Origin: Macrostomum lignano
Taxonomy: Eukaryota
Assembly (NCBI GenBank): GCA_002269645.1
Contig: NIVC01000513.1
Location: forward strand, 248,001 to 312,000
Direction of reading: 5' to 3'
Length of the DNA: 64,000 nt
Under the pieces are notes generated by a model that searched no databases, was not told the DNA's origin, and was given only the letters and a program-made list of their open reading frames with translations. Positions 46,701-61,900 of the stretch are shown here, piece by piece. Position 1 is the first letter of the stretch. Each line of letters opens with the position of its first letter. A program made the translations under genes and the position numbers.

Positions 46701-49700
46701 CGAAATATCACAAACCCGAAATATCACAAACCCGAAATATCACAAACCCGAAGTATCGCAAATCCGAAATATCACAAACCCGAAATATCGCAAACCCGAA
46801 ATATCGCAAACCCGAAATATCACAAAACTAAAATATCACAAACCTAAAATATCACAAACCCGAACTATCACAAACCCGAAATATCACAAACCCGAAATAT
46901 CACAAACCCGAAATATCGCAAACCCGAAATATCACAAACCCGAAGTATCGCAAACCCGAAATATCACAAACCCGAAATATCGCAAACCCGAAATATCACA
47001 AACCCAAAATATCAGAAACCCGAAATATCACAAACCCGAAATATCGCAAACCCGAAATATCAGAAACTCGAAATATCGCAAACCCGAAATATCGCAAACC
47101 CGAAATATCACAAACCCGAAATATCACAAACCCGAAATATCGCAAACCCGAAATATCACAAACCTAAAATATCACAAACCTAAAATATCACAAACCCGAA
47201 CTATCACAAACCCGAAATATCACAAACCCGAAATATCGCAAACCCGAAATATCGCAAACCCGAAATATCACAAACCTGAAGTATCGCAAACCCGAAATAT
47301 CACAAACCCGAAATATAATAAACCCGAAATATCATAAACCCGAAATATCACAAACCCAAAATATCGCAAACCCGAAATATCGCAAACCCGAAATATCACA
47401 AACCTAAAATACCGCAAACCTAAAATATCACAAACCCGAACTATCACAAACCCGAAATATAATAAACCCGAAATATCATAAACCCGAAATATCACAAACT
47501 CGAAATATCGCAAACCCGAAATATCACAAACCCAAAATATCAGAAACCCGAAATATCACAAACCCGAAATATCGCAAACCCGAAATATCAGAAACTCGAA
47601 ATATCGCAAACCCGAAATATCGCAAACCCGAAATATCACAAACCCGAAATATCACAAACCCGAAATATCGCAAACCCGAAATATCACAAACCTAAAATAT
47701 CACAAACCTAAAGTATCACAAACCCGAACTATCACAAACCCGAAATATCACAAACCCGAAATATCGCAAACCCGAAATATCGCAAACCCGAAATATGGCA
47801 GGAAAGAGAAGAGAGGAGAGAGAAAAGAAGAGTGAGGAGAGAAGAGAGCAGAGAGGTTTCAAAGGACCTTAGTGACGGAGAGAGAGGCAGAACCCGGAGG
47901 TCAGAGTTGGCCAATGCATGCTTAAGACAGACATTGCCTGTCATTCAGCGCCGCACCCCAGCTGATGAGATCAATGCTTGCCTCAAATATTGCCTCAAAT
48001 ATCTACTCCATTTTTTTTACCTCTATCCTAACAAGTTCTTGTTTGAATATGACATCAGATTTAAGAATGCATGCAAAAACAGTTCCAGGGATTGGAATTC
48101 AGCAGGTTAAAAATCCGCGGGTTTTTCATATACTACTTGTCTTCGTTAGTAATATAATTCTCAAAGCGGTCTAATTTTCAATTTTGTAGAAACAAACACA
48201 AAATGTTAAATCATTAGTTTAACTACAATTTATTCTATAATTTATGAGTTGGTCTTGAAACTGATCCAATCCATTGGAGCTCTCGCGAAGTCAGTGCGTC
48301 GAAAGTGTAAAAATGAAATATTCAACTTACTGTCGTACATCAGTACCATTCTTGGAGCGGCTAGAAGTGCTTTCTGAAAGCAAATAATATAAAAAATTCA
48401 GTTTTTATAGACACTGCTCAGCCTTTCTATAAATTTATCATGAGAGACATGAGAGACATGAGAGCTGAGAGAGACAGAAGGAAGAAAGGGGCAGGTAAGA
48501 GACGGGGAGGTGAAGAGGAGAGGGAGATGAGGAGAGGAAAGTGAGGAGAGGGAGATGGGAGAGGGTGATAGGAGAGGGAGATGGGAGAGGGAGATGGAGA
48601 AAAAAAGGGGAGACAGGGATGGAGACAGGGGAGACAGGGATGGAGACAGGGGAGACAGGGATGGAGACAGGGGAGACAGGGATGGAGACAGGGGAGACAG
48701 GGATGGAGATAGGGGAGACAGGGATGGAGACAGGGGAGACAGAGATGGAGACAGGGGAGACAGGGATGGAGACAGGGGAGACAGGGATGGAGATAGGGGA
48801 GACAGGGATGGAGACAGGGGAGACAGGGATTGAGATAGGGGAGACAGGGGTGGAGACAGGGGAGACAGGGATGGAGACAGGGGAGACAGGGATGAAGATA
48901 GTTAGAAAGAGCAGAAGGAAATACCAGGGGATAAAAACCAGGGCAGCACTAAGCAAGAGTCTCACATTGTCGCCAGCCTTCTCAGTCATGTTGAAGAAGC
49001 ACGGCGCCCCGGGTTTCGTTGGCAGCAATTTGCGTTGCCACCGCCGGCGCCTCACCAGGTCCACCGGGCGCTTGTTGGCGTGGAACTTCTGGCCGAAGCC
49101 GATGGCGTACTCCCAGCACTGCTCCGGGTCAGTGATCTCCTCGGGCTGGCGGGTTGATAACGAAAGGGCAGATGAGATTATCATTAATGGCTATAAATGT
49201 TTACAGGTGAGATTAGCCCTAGTGTCTATAAATGTCTACAGGTGAGATTATCCTTAGTGTCTATAAATGTTTACAGGTGAGATTATCCCTCGTGTCTACA
49301 AATGTCTACAGGTGATATTATCCTTAGTGTCTATAAATGTTTACAGGTGAGATTATCCTTAGTGTCTATAAATGTTTACAGGTGAGATTAGCCCTCGTGT
49401 CTACAAATGTCTACAGGTGATATTATCAAGTGTGTACAAATGTCTACAGGTGAAATTATCAAGTGGGTACAAATGTCTACAGGTGAAATTATCGTGTGTA
49501 CAAATGTCTACAGGTGATATTATCAAGTGTGTAAAAATGTCTACAGGTGATATTATCAAGTGTGTACAAATGTCTACAGGTGAGATTATCAAGTGTGTAC
49601 AAATGTCTACAGGTGATATTATCAAGTGTGTACAAATGTCTACAGGTGATATTATCAAGTGTGTACAAATGTCTACAGGTGAAATTATCCACAGTGGTTA

Positions 49701-50270
49701 TTAGTGTCTACAGAAGACATTTTCAACACTAACAGCCTAGATGTCTACAGGTGAAACTATCCAGAGTAGATGGGTTTTTACAGGTGAGGTTATTGCTAGT
49801 AGCTATGGACTCCTAACACGTCAGACTTAAAGTCTACAGTTGAATATTTAAGCCAGCCTTCACCATCTTCTTGGTCTCATCAATGGGTGAAGTGGCGCTA
49901 ATCAGCACCCTGGGCCGGATGTAGCGCCGCCTGCGGCACATGTGGAACATCTTCTCCGTGGGCACGTAGCCGCCCATGGAGGCTTCCACGGTGTACTCCC
50001 AGCCTTCTTCGTCGCAGGGCCGGTTGAAGTCCACCTTCCACTCGTCCTTCCAGCGCCAGCCTTCGGGCGGCTTGATGTTCTCGAACTCGCTGCAGGGATC
50101 ACCTTTGACGTCCGTGTATTTCACCTGAATGTTGGATTGGTGGACTGACTGACTGACTGACTGACTGACTGACTGACTGACTGACTGACTGACTGACTGA
50201 CTGACTGACTGACTGACTGACTGACTGACTGACTGACTGACTGACTGACTGACTGACTGACTGACTGACT

Positions 50271-50302
<32 letters not shown>

Positions 50303-50306
50303 GACT

Positions 50307-50338
<32 letters not shown>

Positions 50339-50402
50339 GACTGACTGACTGACTGACTGACTGACTGACTGACTGACTGACTGACTGACTGACTGACTGA
50401 CT

Positions 50403-50434
<32 letters not shown>

Positions 50435-53097
50435 GACTGACTGACTGACTGACCGACCTTAGCATCCTGCCAAGCACCTCCGGGCATCCGTGTCTCATTC
50501 ACGTAGACGTCCTCCAGGAACTCGGAGTGGCCGGCGTCCTTGTCGTAGATCAGGCTGAGCTCCGGGCTGACGAACCAGTCGCGCTCCACTTCCAGCCGGC
50601 CGGAGGTGTCAGCTTGTCCTTGAGAATCTCCACCCGGCCAGAAGCGTCCGACCAGGCTGGGCGACCGGGACCGCTCTTCATCCACTTGACGAAGTACCAC
50701 TCGTTCTCGTAGGTTTCGGCCAGCACTGAGAGGCTGCCCTCGCGCTGCATCCGGAGCCATTCGGACTCGTCCTTCTCGTGGCCCAGCCACACGGTCAGGC
50801 GGACCAGCGCTGGGATCTCCAGACGGTTCTCCTCGTTCTGCTTCACGCTGGGGGGCTGGAGACGGGGCAGGAGGGGGGGTTTGAGCACACTGGTGCCATC
50901 TGTATCTAGTTTTGAGCACACTGGGGTCATCTGTATCCAGTTTTGAGCACACTGGTGCCATCTGTATCTAGTTTTGAGCACACTGGTGCCATCTGTATCT
51001 AGTTTTGAGCACACTGGGGTCATCTGTATCCAGTTTTGAGCACACTGGTGCCATCTGTATCTAGTTTTGAGCACACTGGTGCCATCTGTATCTAGTTTTG
51101 AGCACACTGGGGTCATCTGTATCCATTTTTGAGCACACAGGGTCATCTGTATCTAGTTTTGAGCACACAGGGTCATCTGTATCCAGTTTTGAGCACACAG
51201 GGTCATCTGCATCCAGTTTTGAGTACACTGGGGTCATCTGTATCCAGTTTTGAGCACACTGAGGCAATCTGTATCCAGTTTTGAGCACGCTGAGGCCATC
51301 TGTATCCAGTTTTGAGCACACTGTGGTCATCTGTATCTAGTTTTGAGCACACTGAGGCAATCTGTATCCAGTTTTGAGCACGCTGAGGCCATCTGTATCC
51401 AGTTTTGAGCACACTGGGGTCATCTGTATCCAGTTTTGAGCACACTGAGGCAATCTGTATCCAGTTTTGAGCACACTGAGGCCATCTGTATCCAGTTTTG
51501 AGCACACTGGGGTCATCTGTATCTAGTTTTGAGTACACTGGGCCCTCAAACGGTTCAAAGGTTAAGCATTATATCATTAAGCCACCTATATTCCATTCAT
51601 TATCCAGTGACCTATATTTTCAATCATGCATTAAAACGCGGATTTATTGAAAAAACAAAAAAACAAATAACAAATAACAAAAAACAAATAAAAACAAATA
51701 AAAAAGCAAAAAAATCTCTAAACTACAAACAATCATTGTGTTCCTGGTTCCCCATGCAAGGAGCAAATCATCAGAAAATCAATCAAATTAATCAAAATAA
51801 AATATGGAAAATAACAGTCGCATATAAACAAGAAAACAAAATACACGACAGATAGCCATCTGCCACAACCAACATCCATTTCCAATAGTACCTCACCTCT
51901 TCTAGAAACTGACGAATAAGTAAGCAGTCAATTATTAATGTTTATTTAGTAAGATTGTAAACAGAAATAAATTATCAAACAATCATCAAATTAGCATAGC
52001 TTAAGAATTCGGTTATTCAATTTGAATCTCTTTATCTCCCTAAATCCCTTCATCTCCCTACATCCTTTCATATCCCTACATCCCTTCATCTCCTTACATC
52101 CTTTCATATCCCTACATCCTTCATCTCCCTAGTCCCTACATCTCTTCATCTCCCTACATCCTTTCATATCCCTACATCCTTCATCTCCCTGGTCCCTACA
52201 TCCCTTCATCTCCTTACATCCTTTCATATCCCTACATCCTTCATCTCCCTGGTCCCTACATCTCTTCATCTCTCTACATCCCTTCATTTCCCTGCATACC
52301 TTTCATCTCCCTACATCCCTTCATTTCCCTACATACCTTCATCTCCCTACATCCCTTCATTTCCCTACATACCTTCATCTCCCTACATCCCTTCATCTCC
52401 CTACATCCTTTCATATCCCTACATCCTTCATCTCCCTGGTCCCTACATCTCTTCATCTCCCTACATCCTTTCATATCCCTACATCCTTCATCTCCCTACA
52501 TCCCTTCATTTCCCAGCATCCCTTCATCTCCCTACATCCCTTCATTTTTCTACATCTCTTTATCTCCTTACATCCTTTCATATCCCTACATCCTTCATCT
52601 CCCTGGTCCCTACATCTCTTCATCTCCCTACATCCCTTCATTTCCCTGCATACCTTTATCTCCCTACATCCCTTCATTTCCCTGCATACCTTTATCTCCC
52701 TACATCCCTTCATTTCCCTGCATCCCTTCATCTCCCTACATCCCTTCATTTTTCTACATCTCTTTATCTCCTTACATCCTTTCATCTCCCTTTACTTTTC
52801 CTAATCTTCGAATAAAAGTTATCGAATTATCAAATAAAAGTCCAAGCCAAACCTCACCTTAAAAAGTACGTTCTGAACTTTTCCGCAAAACTTGCCCCGA
52901 AAATCGTCATTCTTGCAGTAAAGAACCTCGTAAGCCGGCATTCGGTAATAAGCGATGCGCTTGTCCGCGCACAGCATCCAGATCACCACATCCGGGAAGG
53001 AGTTTTGCGGCTGCGGGAGAGTTATAAAAACATTCCAATGGCTAAATAATTTAAAAAACAAGTAACTAACTAACTAGCTATGAAGCTAACTAACTAG

Positions 53098-53132
<35 letters not shown>

Positions 53133-53156
53133 GCTAGGTAGCTAACTAACTACTAG

Positions 53157-53191
<35 letters not shown>

Positions 53192-53192
53192 G

Positions 53193-53227
<35 letters not shown>

Positions 53228-53228
53228 G

Positions 53229-53263
<35 letters not shown>

Positions 53264-53341
53264 GCTAACTGACTAACTAACTAACTAGCTAAGTAACTAA
53301 CTAACTAACTAACTAACTAGCTAACTAACTAACTAACTAAA

Positions 53342-53380
<39 letters not shown>

Positions 53381-53381
53381 A

Positions 53382-53415
<34 letters not shown>

Positions 53416-53416
53416 G

Positions 53417-53447
<31 letters not shown>

Positions 53448-53453
53448 GCTAGA

Positions 53454-53501
<48 letters not shown>

Positions 53502-53516
53502 AAACTAACTAACTAG

Positions 53517-53595
<79 letters not shown>

Positions 53596-53601
53596 GCTAG
53601 A

Positions 53602-53649
<48 letters not shown>

Positions 53650-53668
53650 AAACTAACTAACTAACTAG

Positions 53669-53719
<51 letters not shown>

Positions 53720-53725
53720 GCTAGA

Positions 53726-53763
<38 letters not shown>

Positions 53764-53821
53764 GCTAACTAACTAACTAACTAACTAGCTAACTAACTAA
53801 CTAACTAACTAACTAGCTAGA

Positions 53822-53863
<42 letters not shown>

Positions 53864-53878
53864 GCTAACTAACTAACC

Positions 53879-53920
<42 letters not shown>

Positions 53921-53992
53921 TTAACTAACTAACTAACTAACTAATTAACTAACTAACTGACTAACAAACTAACAAAATAACTATCTAACTAT

Positions 53993-54027
<35 letters not shown>

Positions 54028-54048
54028 GCTAGGTAGCTAACTAACTAG

Positions 54049-54091
<43 letters not shown>

Positions 54092-54100
54092 GCTAGATAG

Positions 54101-54131
<31 letters not shown>

Positions 54132-54132
54132 G

Positions 54133-54167
<35 letters not shown>

Positions 54168-54173
54168 GCTAGA

Positions 54174-54239
<66 letters not shown>

Positions 54240-54240
54240 G

Positions 54241-54271
<31 letters not shown>

Positions 54272-54452
54272 GCTAACTAACTCACTAACTCACTAACTAA
54301 CTAACTAGCTAACTAACTAACCAACTAGCTGACTAACTAACTAACTAACTAGCTAACTAACTAACTAACTAGCTAACTAACTAACCAACTAGCTGACTAA
54401 CTAACTAACTAACTAGCTAACTAACTAACTAACTAGCTAACTAACTAACTAG

Positions 54453-54500
<48 letters not shown>

Positions 54501-54501
54501 T

Positions 54502-54532
<31 letters not shown>

Positions 54533-54572
54533 TTAACTATCTAACTAACTATCTAACTAACTAATTAACTAT

Positions 54573-54615
<43 letters not shown>

Positions 54616-54673
54616 GCTAACTAACTAACTAACTAACTAGCTAACTAACTAACTAACTAACTAACTAGCTAGA

Positions 54674-54715
<42 letters not shown>

Positions 54716-54730
54716 GCTAACTAACTAACC

Positions 54731-54772
<42 letters not shown>

Positions 54773-54844
54773 TTAACTAACTAACTAACTAACTAATTAA
54801 CTAACTAACTGACTAACAAACTAACAAAATAACTATCTAACTAT

Positions 54845-54879
<35 letters not shown>

Positions 54880-54900
54880 GCTAGGTAGCTAACTAACTAG

Positions 54901-54943
<43 letters not shown>

Positions 54944-54952
54944 GCTAGATAG

Positions 54953-54983
<31 letters not shown>

Positions 54984-54984
54984 G

Positions 54985-55019
<35 letters not shown>

Positions 55020-55025
55020 GCTAGA

Positions 55026-55091
<66 letters not shown>

Positions 55092-55160
55092 GCTAACTAA
55101 CTAACAAACTAACTAGCTAACTAACTAACTAGCTAACTAACTAACTAACTAACTAACTAG

Positions 55161-55191
<31 letters not shown>

Positions 55192-55308
55192 GCTAACTAA
55201 CTCACTAACTCACTAACTAACTAACTAGCTAACTAACTAACCAACTAGCTGACTAACTAACTAACTAACTAGCTAACTAACTAACTAACTAGCTAACTAA
55301 CTAACTAG

Positions 55309-55356
<48 letters not shown>

Positions 55357-55357
55357 T

Positions 55358-55388
<31 letters not shown>

Positions 55389-55428
55389 TTAACTATCTAA
55401 CTAACTATCTAACTAACTAATTAACTAT

Positions 55429-55461
<33 letters not shown>

Positions 55462-55472
55462 AAACTAACTAT

Positions 55473-55524
<52 letters not shown>

Positions 55525-55664
55525 TTAACTAACTAACTAACTAACTAATTAACTAACTAACTGACTAACAAACTAACAAAATAACTATCTAACTATCTAA
55601 CTAACTAACTAACTAACTAACTAATTAACTATCTAACTAACTATCTAACTAACTAATTAACTAT

Positions 55665-55709
<45 letters not shown>

Positions 55710-55734
55710 AAACTAACTATCTAACTAACTAACC

Positions 55735-55788
<54 letters not shown>

Positions 55789-55860
55789 TTAACTAACTAA
55801 CTAACTAACTAATTAACTAACTAACTATCTAACAAACTAACAAAATAACTATCTAACTAT

Positions 55861-55901
<41 letters not shown>

Positions 55902-55928
55902 AAACTAACAAAATAACTATCTAACTAT

Positions 55929-55964
<36 letters not shown>

Positions 55965-58900
55965 TTAACTAACTAACTGACTAACAAACTAACAAAATAA
56001 CTATCTAACTATCTAACAAACAAACAAACAAACAAACTAACTAACTAACTAACTAACTAAGACTAACTCAAAGGACCTCAAACCTCAACAGCCACAGCTC
56101 GGATCTGACTGCGAAACGAGTCCAACTCGTTCAGCGCCTCCTCAACCGAGGTGCACTCCGCTCTCAGCTTGGTGGCCGCTGCGCGAATACTTTTAAGTTG
56201 GTTCTCGCGCAGAGAAGTCAGGTACAAATCCAACTCGTTCACTGGGCTCTGGCCCGGCTCCCATTCTGGCAGGTCTTTGCTGTTGGTTAAAGTTGACAGT
56301 TCAGTCAGAGAGGCCAAGCTTATTACACTCCGCATTGCGAATTACAGACAAACCACACACTCACTTGCACATGAGAATGAGATCGTCCAGAGCTGCGATG
56401 ACGAACTGAGCCTGCTCCTCCTCCGGCAGTTTCGCCTTCATGGCTACGCTGATTTTCTCAATGTTCTCGTCCTGAGTGGAGTAGAGAAGCATTGATTGCT
56501 GCTTAGTAGTAGTGAGGAAAAAGGTAATTACACTGGGATATGAGTAAGTGCAGGAGGGAGGTGGTGGCCCAGCAACTGGGGATCTGGGAGGCTGGCCCAG
56601 CCACTGAGGATCTGGGAGGCTGGCCCAGCAACTGAGGATCTTTTAGGCTGGCCCAGCAACTGAGGATCTGGGAGGCTGGCCCAGCAAGTGAGAATCTGGG
56701 AGGCTGGCCCAGCAACTGACACTCTGGGAGGCTGGCCCAGCATTTGGGGATCTAAGAGGCTGGCCCAGCATTTGGGGATCTGGGAGGCTGGCCCAGCAAC
56801 TGAGGATCTGGGAGGCTGGCCCAGCAACTGAGGATCTGGGAGGCTGGCCCAGCAACTGACACTCTGGGAGGCTGGCCCAGCATTTGGGGATCTGGGAGGC
56901 TGGCCCAGCAACTGGGGATCTGGGAGGCTGGCCCAGCAACTGAGGATCTGGGAGGCTGGCCCAGCAACTGAGGTTCTGGGAGGCTAGCCCAGCAACTGAG
57001 GATCTGGGAGGCTGGCCCAGCAACTGACACTCTGGGAGGCTGGCCCAGCAACTGACACTCTGGGAGGCTGGCCCAGCATTTGGGGATCTGGGAGGCTGGC
57101 CCAGCAACTGGGGATCTGGGAGGCTGGCCCAGCAACTGACACTCTGGGAGGCTGGCCCAGCATTTGGGGATCTGGGAGGCTGGCCCAGCAACTGGGGATC
57201 TGGGAGGCTGGCCCAGCAACTGACACTCTGGGAGGCTGGCCCAGCAACTGACACTCTGGGAGGCTGGCCCAGCATTTGGGGATCTGGGAGGCTGGCCCAG
57301 CAACTGGGGATCTGGGAGGCTGGCCCAGCAACTGACACTCTGGGAGGCTGGCCCAGCATTTGGGGATCTGGGAGGCTGGCCCAGCAACTGGGGATCTGGG
57401 AGGCTGGCCCAGCAACTGAGGTTCTGGGAGGCTAGCCCAGCAACTGGGGATCTGGGAGGCTGGCCCAGCAACTGAGGATCTTTGAGGCTGGCCCAGCAAC
57501 TGAGGATCTGGGAGGCTGGCCCAGCAAGTGAGAATCTGGGAGGCTGGCCCAGCAACTGACACTCTGGGAGGCTGGCCCAGCAACTGACACTCTGGGAGGC
57601 TGGCCCAGCATTTGGGGATCTGGGAGGCTGGCCCAGCAACTGGGGATCTGGGAGGCTGGCCCAGCAACTGAGGTTCTGGGAGGCTAGCCCAGCATTTGGG
57701 GATCTGGGAGGCTGGCCCAGCAACTTGGGATCTGGGGGGCTGGCCCAGCACTTGGGGATCCTGAGGCTGGCCCAGCAACTGGGGATCTGGGAGGCTGGCC
57801 CAGCAAGTGAGAATCTGGGAGGCTGGCCCAGCAACTGACACTCTGGGAGGCTGGCCCAGCATTTGGGGATCTGGGAGGCTGGCCCAGCAACTGGGGATCT
57901 GGGAGGCTGGCCCAGCAACTGAGGATCTGGGAGGCTGGCCCAGCAACTGAGGTTCTGGGAGGCTGGCCCAGCAACTGACACTCTGGGAGGCTGGCCCAGC
58001 ATTTGGGGATCTGGGAGGCTGGCCCAGCAACTGGGGATCTGGGAGGCTGGCCCAGCAACTGAGGTTCTGGGAGGCTAGCCCAGCATTTGGGGATCTGGGA
58101 GGCTGGCCCAGCAACTTGGGATCTGGGGGGCTGGCCCAGCAACTTGGGATCTGGGGGGCTGGCCCAGCACTTGGGGATCCTGAGGCTGGCCCAGCAACTG
58201 GGGATCTGGGAGGCTGGCCCAGCAACTGAGGATCTGGGAGGCTGGCCCAGCAAGTGAGGTTCTGGGAGGCTAGCCCAGCAACTGAGAATCTGGGAGGTTG
58301 GCCCAGCAACTAACACTCTGGGAGGCTAGCCAAGCAACTGAAGGATATTGGCGGCTGGCCCAGCAACTGAGGTTCTGGGAGGCTGGCCCAGCAACTGACA
58401 CTCTGGGAGGCTAGCCAAGCAACTGAAGGATATTGGCGGCTGGCCCAGCAACTGAGGATCTGGGAGGCTGGCCCAGCAAGTGAGAATCTGGGAGGCTGGC
58501 CCAGCAACTTAGGTTCTGGGAGGCTGGCCCAGCAACTGACACTCTGGGAGGCTGGCCCAGCAACTGAGGATCTGGGAGGCTGGAGCAGCTACTGACACTC
58601 TGGGAGGCTCCATCAAGAAGCAGAACACAGACTCACCAAGCGCTGAATAATTTTATACAGAAAGTTGACAGCGTGCAGTCGAAAGCTGATATCCTCCCAC
58701 TGGCTGTCCACCACGGCGCAGGGTTTGGTCTTGCCCCAGGGCAGGAAATAGTAGTGCACCCCGTCGAACACGGCGTTGGTTGGCTGAGTGGTGGACGCAG
58801 TCGGGAGGACAGTATCGTCCAGCTTGTTGCCATAGTTACCGATGCTAATCTCGAACTCCACTGGCGCGTCCACCTCGGAGATCATGGTGGCGCTGCCGAA

Positions 58901-61900
58901 GGCCGCGTGCAGTCGGAATTTCCGCCGGCGCAGAAACTTCTGCACTTTAGTCAGCTGATCTTCGGAAATGTCGCCCTTGCTTTGGTTGGGCGTCTCGCCC
59001 AACTCGGTGCGCAGCTCGGCGAGAAGGCGACCGCGGTAGGCGACGCCCTCGCCTTTGCCTTCGTTCAGCGCGGAGAATTCGTCGCCGAGTTCGGAGAATT
59101 CGCGCGGCGAGCCGTAGAAATTGATGAAGGCCGGGCCGAAGGTGGGCAGGTAGCCTGGAGGGGGGCGATTAGGTTAGACTTTGAGGTCTGACAGCCGATT
59201 GAACTGAAGGCGAGGCTGTCGTTAAAGGACTTTCTGGGGAACCCAAATCGTGGAGTTTCGTAGAGGATTGTCCTGAAATTCCTTTAGGACTTCCCTGGAA
59301 TTCCCAATGAATTTCTAAGGAATTCCCTATGGAGTTCCCTGGAGTTCCCTGGAATTCCCCATTTATTTCGAATGGAATTCGCTATGGATTTCCCTGAAAT
59401 TCCCTATGGATTTCCCTGAAATTCCCTATGGATTTCCCTGGAATTCCCTATGGATTTCCCTGGAATTCCCTATGGAGTTCCCTGGAGTTCCCTGGAATTC
59501 CCCATTTATTTCGAATGGAATTCGCTATGGATTTCCCTGAAATTCCCTATGGATTTCCCTGAAATTCCCTATGGATTTCCCTTGAATTCCCTATGGATTT
59601 CCCTGGAATTCCCTATGGATTTCCCTGGAATTCCCTATGGATTTCCCTGGAATTCCCTATGGATTTCCCTGGAATTCCCTATGGATTTCCCTGGAATTCC
59701 CTATGGATTTCCCTGGAATTCCCTATGGATTTCCCTGGAATTCCCTATGGATTTCCCTGGTAATACCAATTGAATTCTCTGAAATTCTCAATAAATTTTC
59801 CTGGAATCCCTTAGGATTTACTTAGGAAAACCTCATAGAAACCTCATTGGATTGCCATAGGACCTTTCTAGGATTAAACTGGAACTGGAGTAACAGGTAC
59901 ACGAAATAAAAAAAATAAACGTGGGTGAATGTTGCAGTTGAAAATATCTTATTATATGCTCAAGTACGAGCGTAAAAGCAATAAAAATCGATTAACTCAA
60001 ACTGCTTTACAATTCTCGAAAAACAAAATTGTCACAGCAAAATTGTCACAGAAAAACTAAACAACCTTCATGCTGCAGCTAGACTGTAGCACGCAACGGG
60101 TTTCACCAGCGATTTGGATTAAAGTGATGTGGCGTGACGGAAGCAAAGGTTTGTTTCAAAGTGCACGCAGCTCTTAGTCGGTGCTACAGCAGGCACAGCT
60201 CAAAGCGAAGAACGCCGCACTCGTAAATCCTGCAATTCCGCTGGATGCCGCAAAAATGCATTGACGACACAGGCAGTTCTCAGCACTGAATTCTCCCAAA
60301 ATTTCCCATTCTCGACCCTCACTATGCGAATTTTGTCTGAGGTTGATCGCCCCAGAGTCGTTTTAGAGTTTTCGCAGGTAACACAGGTGTAAAATAGGAA
60401 AGGAGTGACTCTTAGACGACTTTAAGACGACAGATGTCGCCGAAGAGACGCTAGAGTCGCAAATGAGCTGTTTGCCATGACAATTTAGCGAGTCGCTAGA
60501 GTCGCAAATGAGCTGTTTGCCATGACAATTTAGCGAGTCGGGTCACGGCTAATATTAAATATCATTAAGTAGTTTTAGCGCACCTGTGCAGAACTTAAAA
60601 ATTTAACTAATAATATTTATAGCATACCGTTGCCACATATTTATTAACAAAAACTAAAACACTTTCCTAAACAATTAGGGTAGAAACTAAATAACCTAAA
60701 TTAGGAACTAAACAAAATGATAAACAGCATCGCGGGGTCGCACCTTCGCTGGTTTTGTCTGAAATTCGAAATAGAAATCAGGAAATTCCCGTACAAAATC
60801 TGACTTTTGATTAGCATTCTTTTTTCCGAGAAACTTCAGGTACAGAGTCGGAGTTCCTTACCTGACTCGCCCTGAGCCGATATTAAAGAGATGTCAATAT
60901 AGGCAGTGCCGATGACGTCATCCTCTGTCAAGCGGTCCCTGGTAACAAGATTTTCATGTTTTCATGTTTCGTGCTTGTATTACGCTCATAGTTGAAATTT
61001 TCTACCAATTCAAGAATTATAAATTTCATTTTACAATGGTAGACTTCAGACTTTTATCCGGCGCTTTCTTCGGATTTCCCACGGAATTCCCATGGAATTT
61101 CCCTGCGATAAATCTAATATACTAAATTGTAACAAAGATTGCAATAGGATTTTCTTAAAATTTAGCTTGGGATTCTATTATTGGGGTTACCAATATTTTC
61201 TTACCGATTGCAATACAATTTCGTAGGAATTACGTTAATTAGGACTTTCTGGAGTTTTCCACTAATTTTTTGTGATTCCCGTAGGATTCAAGTAGGGTTT
61301 CTTTGGGATTATCTTTGGATTTAAGTGGGATTTCCGTAGGATTTCCTTGGGATTCTCTTTGAATTCAAGTACGATTTCCTTGGGATTCCCTTTGAATTTA
61401 AGTACGATTTCCTTGGGATTCCCTTTGGATTCAAGTAGGGATTTCTTGAGATTCCCCTTTGGATTCCCTTGAAATTCCCTCTAGTTTGACAATGCAGATT
61501 TAATTGGGATTTCCCAGCATCAGCCAATCGAAACGGAAGCCGCCAACTGACCAGTCGAACATCTGCAGCTTGATCCGCTCGCACATGGACGGAAACTGCA
61601 GGCCGATGCGCAGCTCCTCGTTCCACTCCGGATGATCGTCGGTGTACTTGGTGTCCGTGTGGACCTCCTTGCCCGCGAACTGGAACACCAGGTACGGATC
61701 CACAAGCTCTTTAGTTGACGTGCCGGTGAAGATCTTCTTGACGCCTTGGAACATCTCGGAGTCCACTGAAGTGCATTTTTACAGACAAGTGGCTTTAGCC
61801 TCTTAACTAATTGATACGCTTTATTGAAACCGCCCAGGTGTGCAGGCAATGGCATTTGTACCGGAATTAAAGTACAATAGGTCCTTGCGGCCGTAGCCCA

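Noticed and set aside
53060-56070. Possible telomeric repeat
   Set aside because: The unit is CTAA/TTAG, not TTAGGG or TTAGG, and it lies between in-phase exons.
56528-58507. Long LLGQPP-repeat ORFs
   Set aside because: A stop-free 28-bp minisatellite inside a ferlin intron, open in several frames.
60446-60540. 45-bp direct duplication
   Set aside because: A simple local tandem duplication with no further structure.
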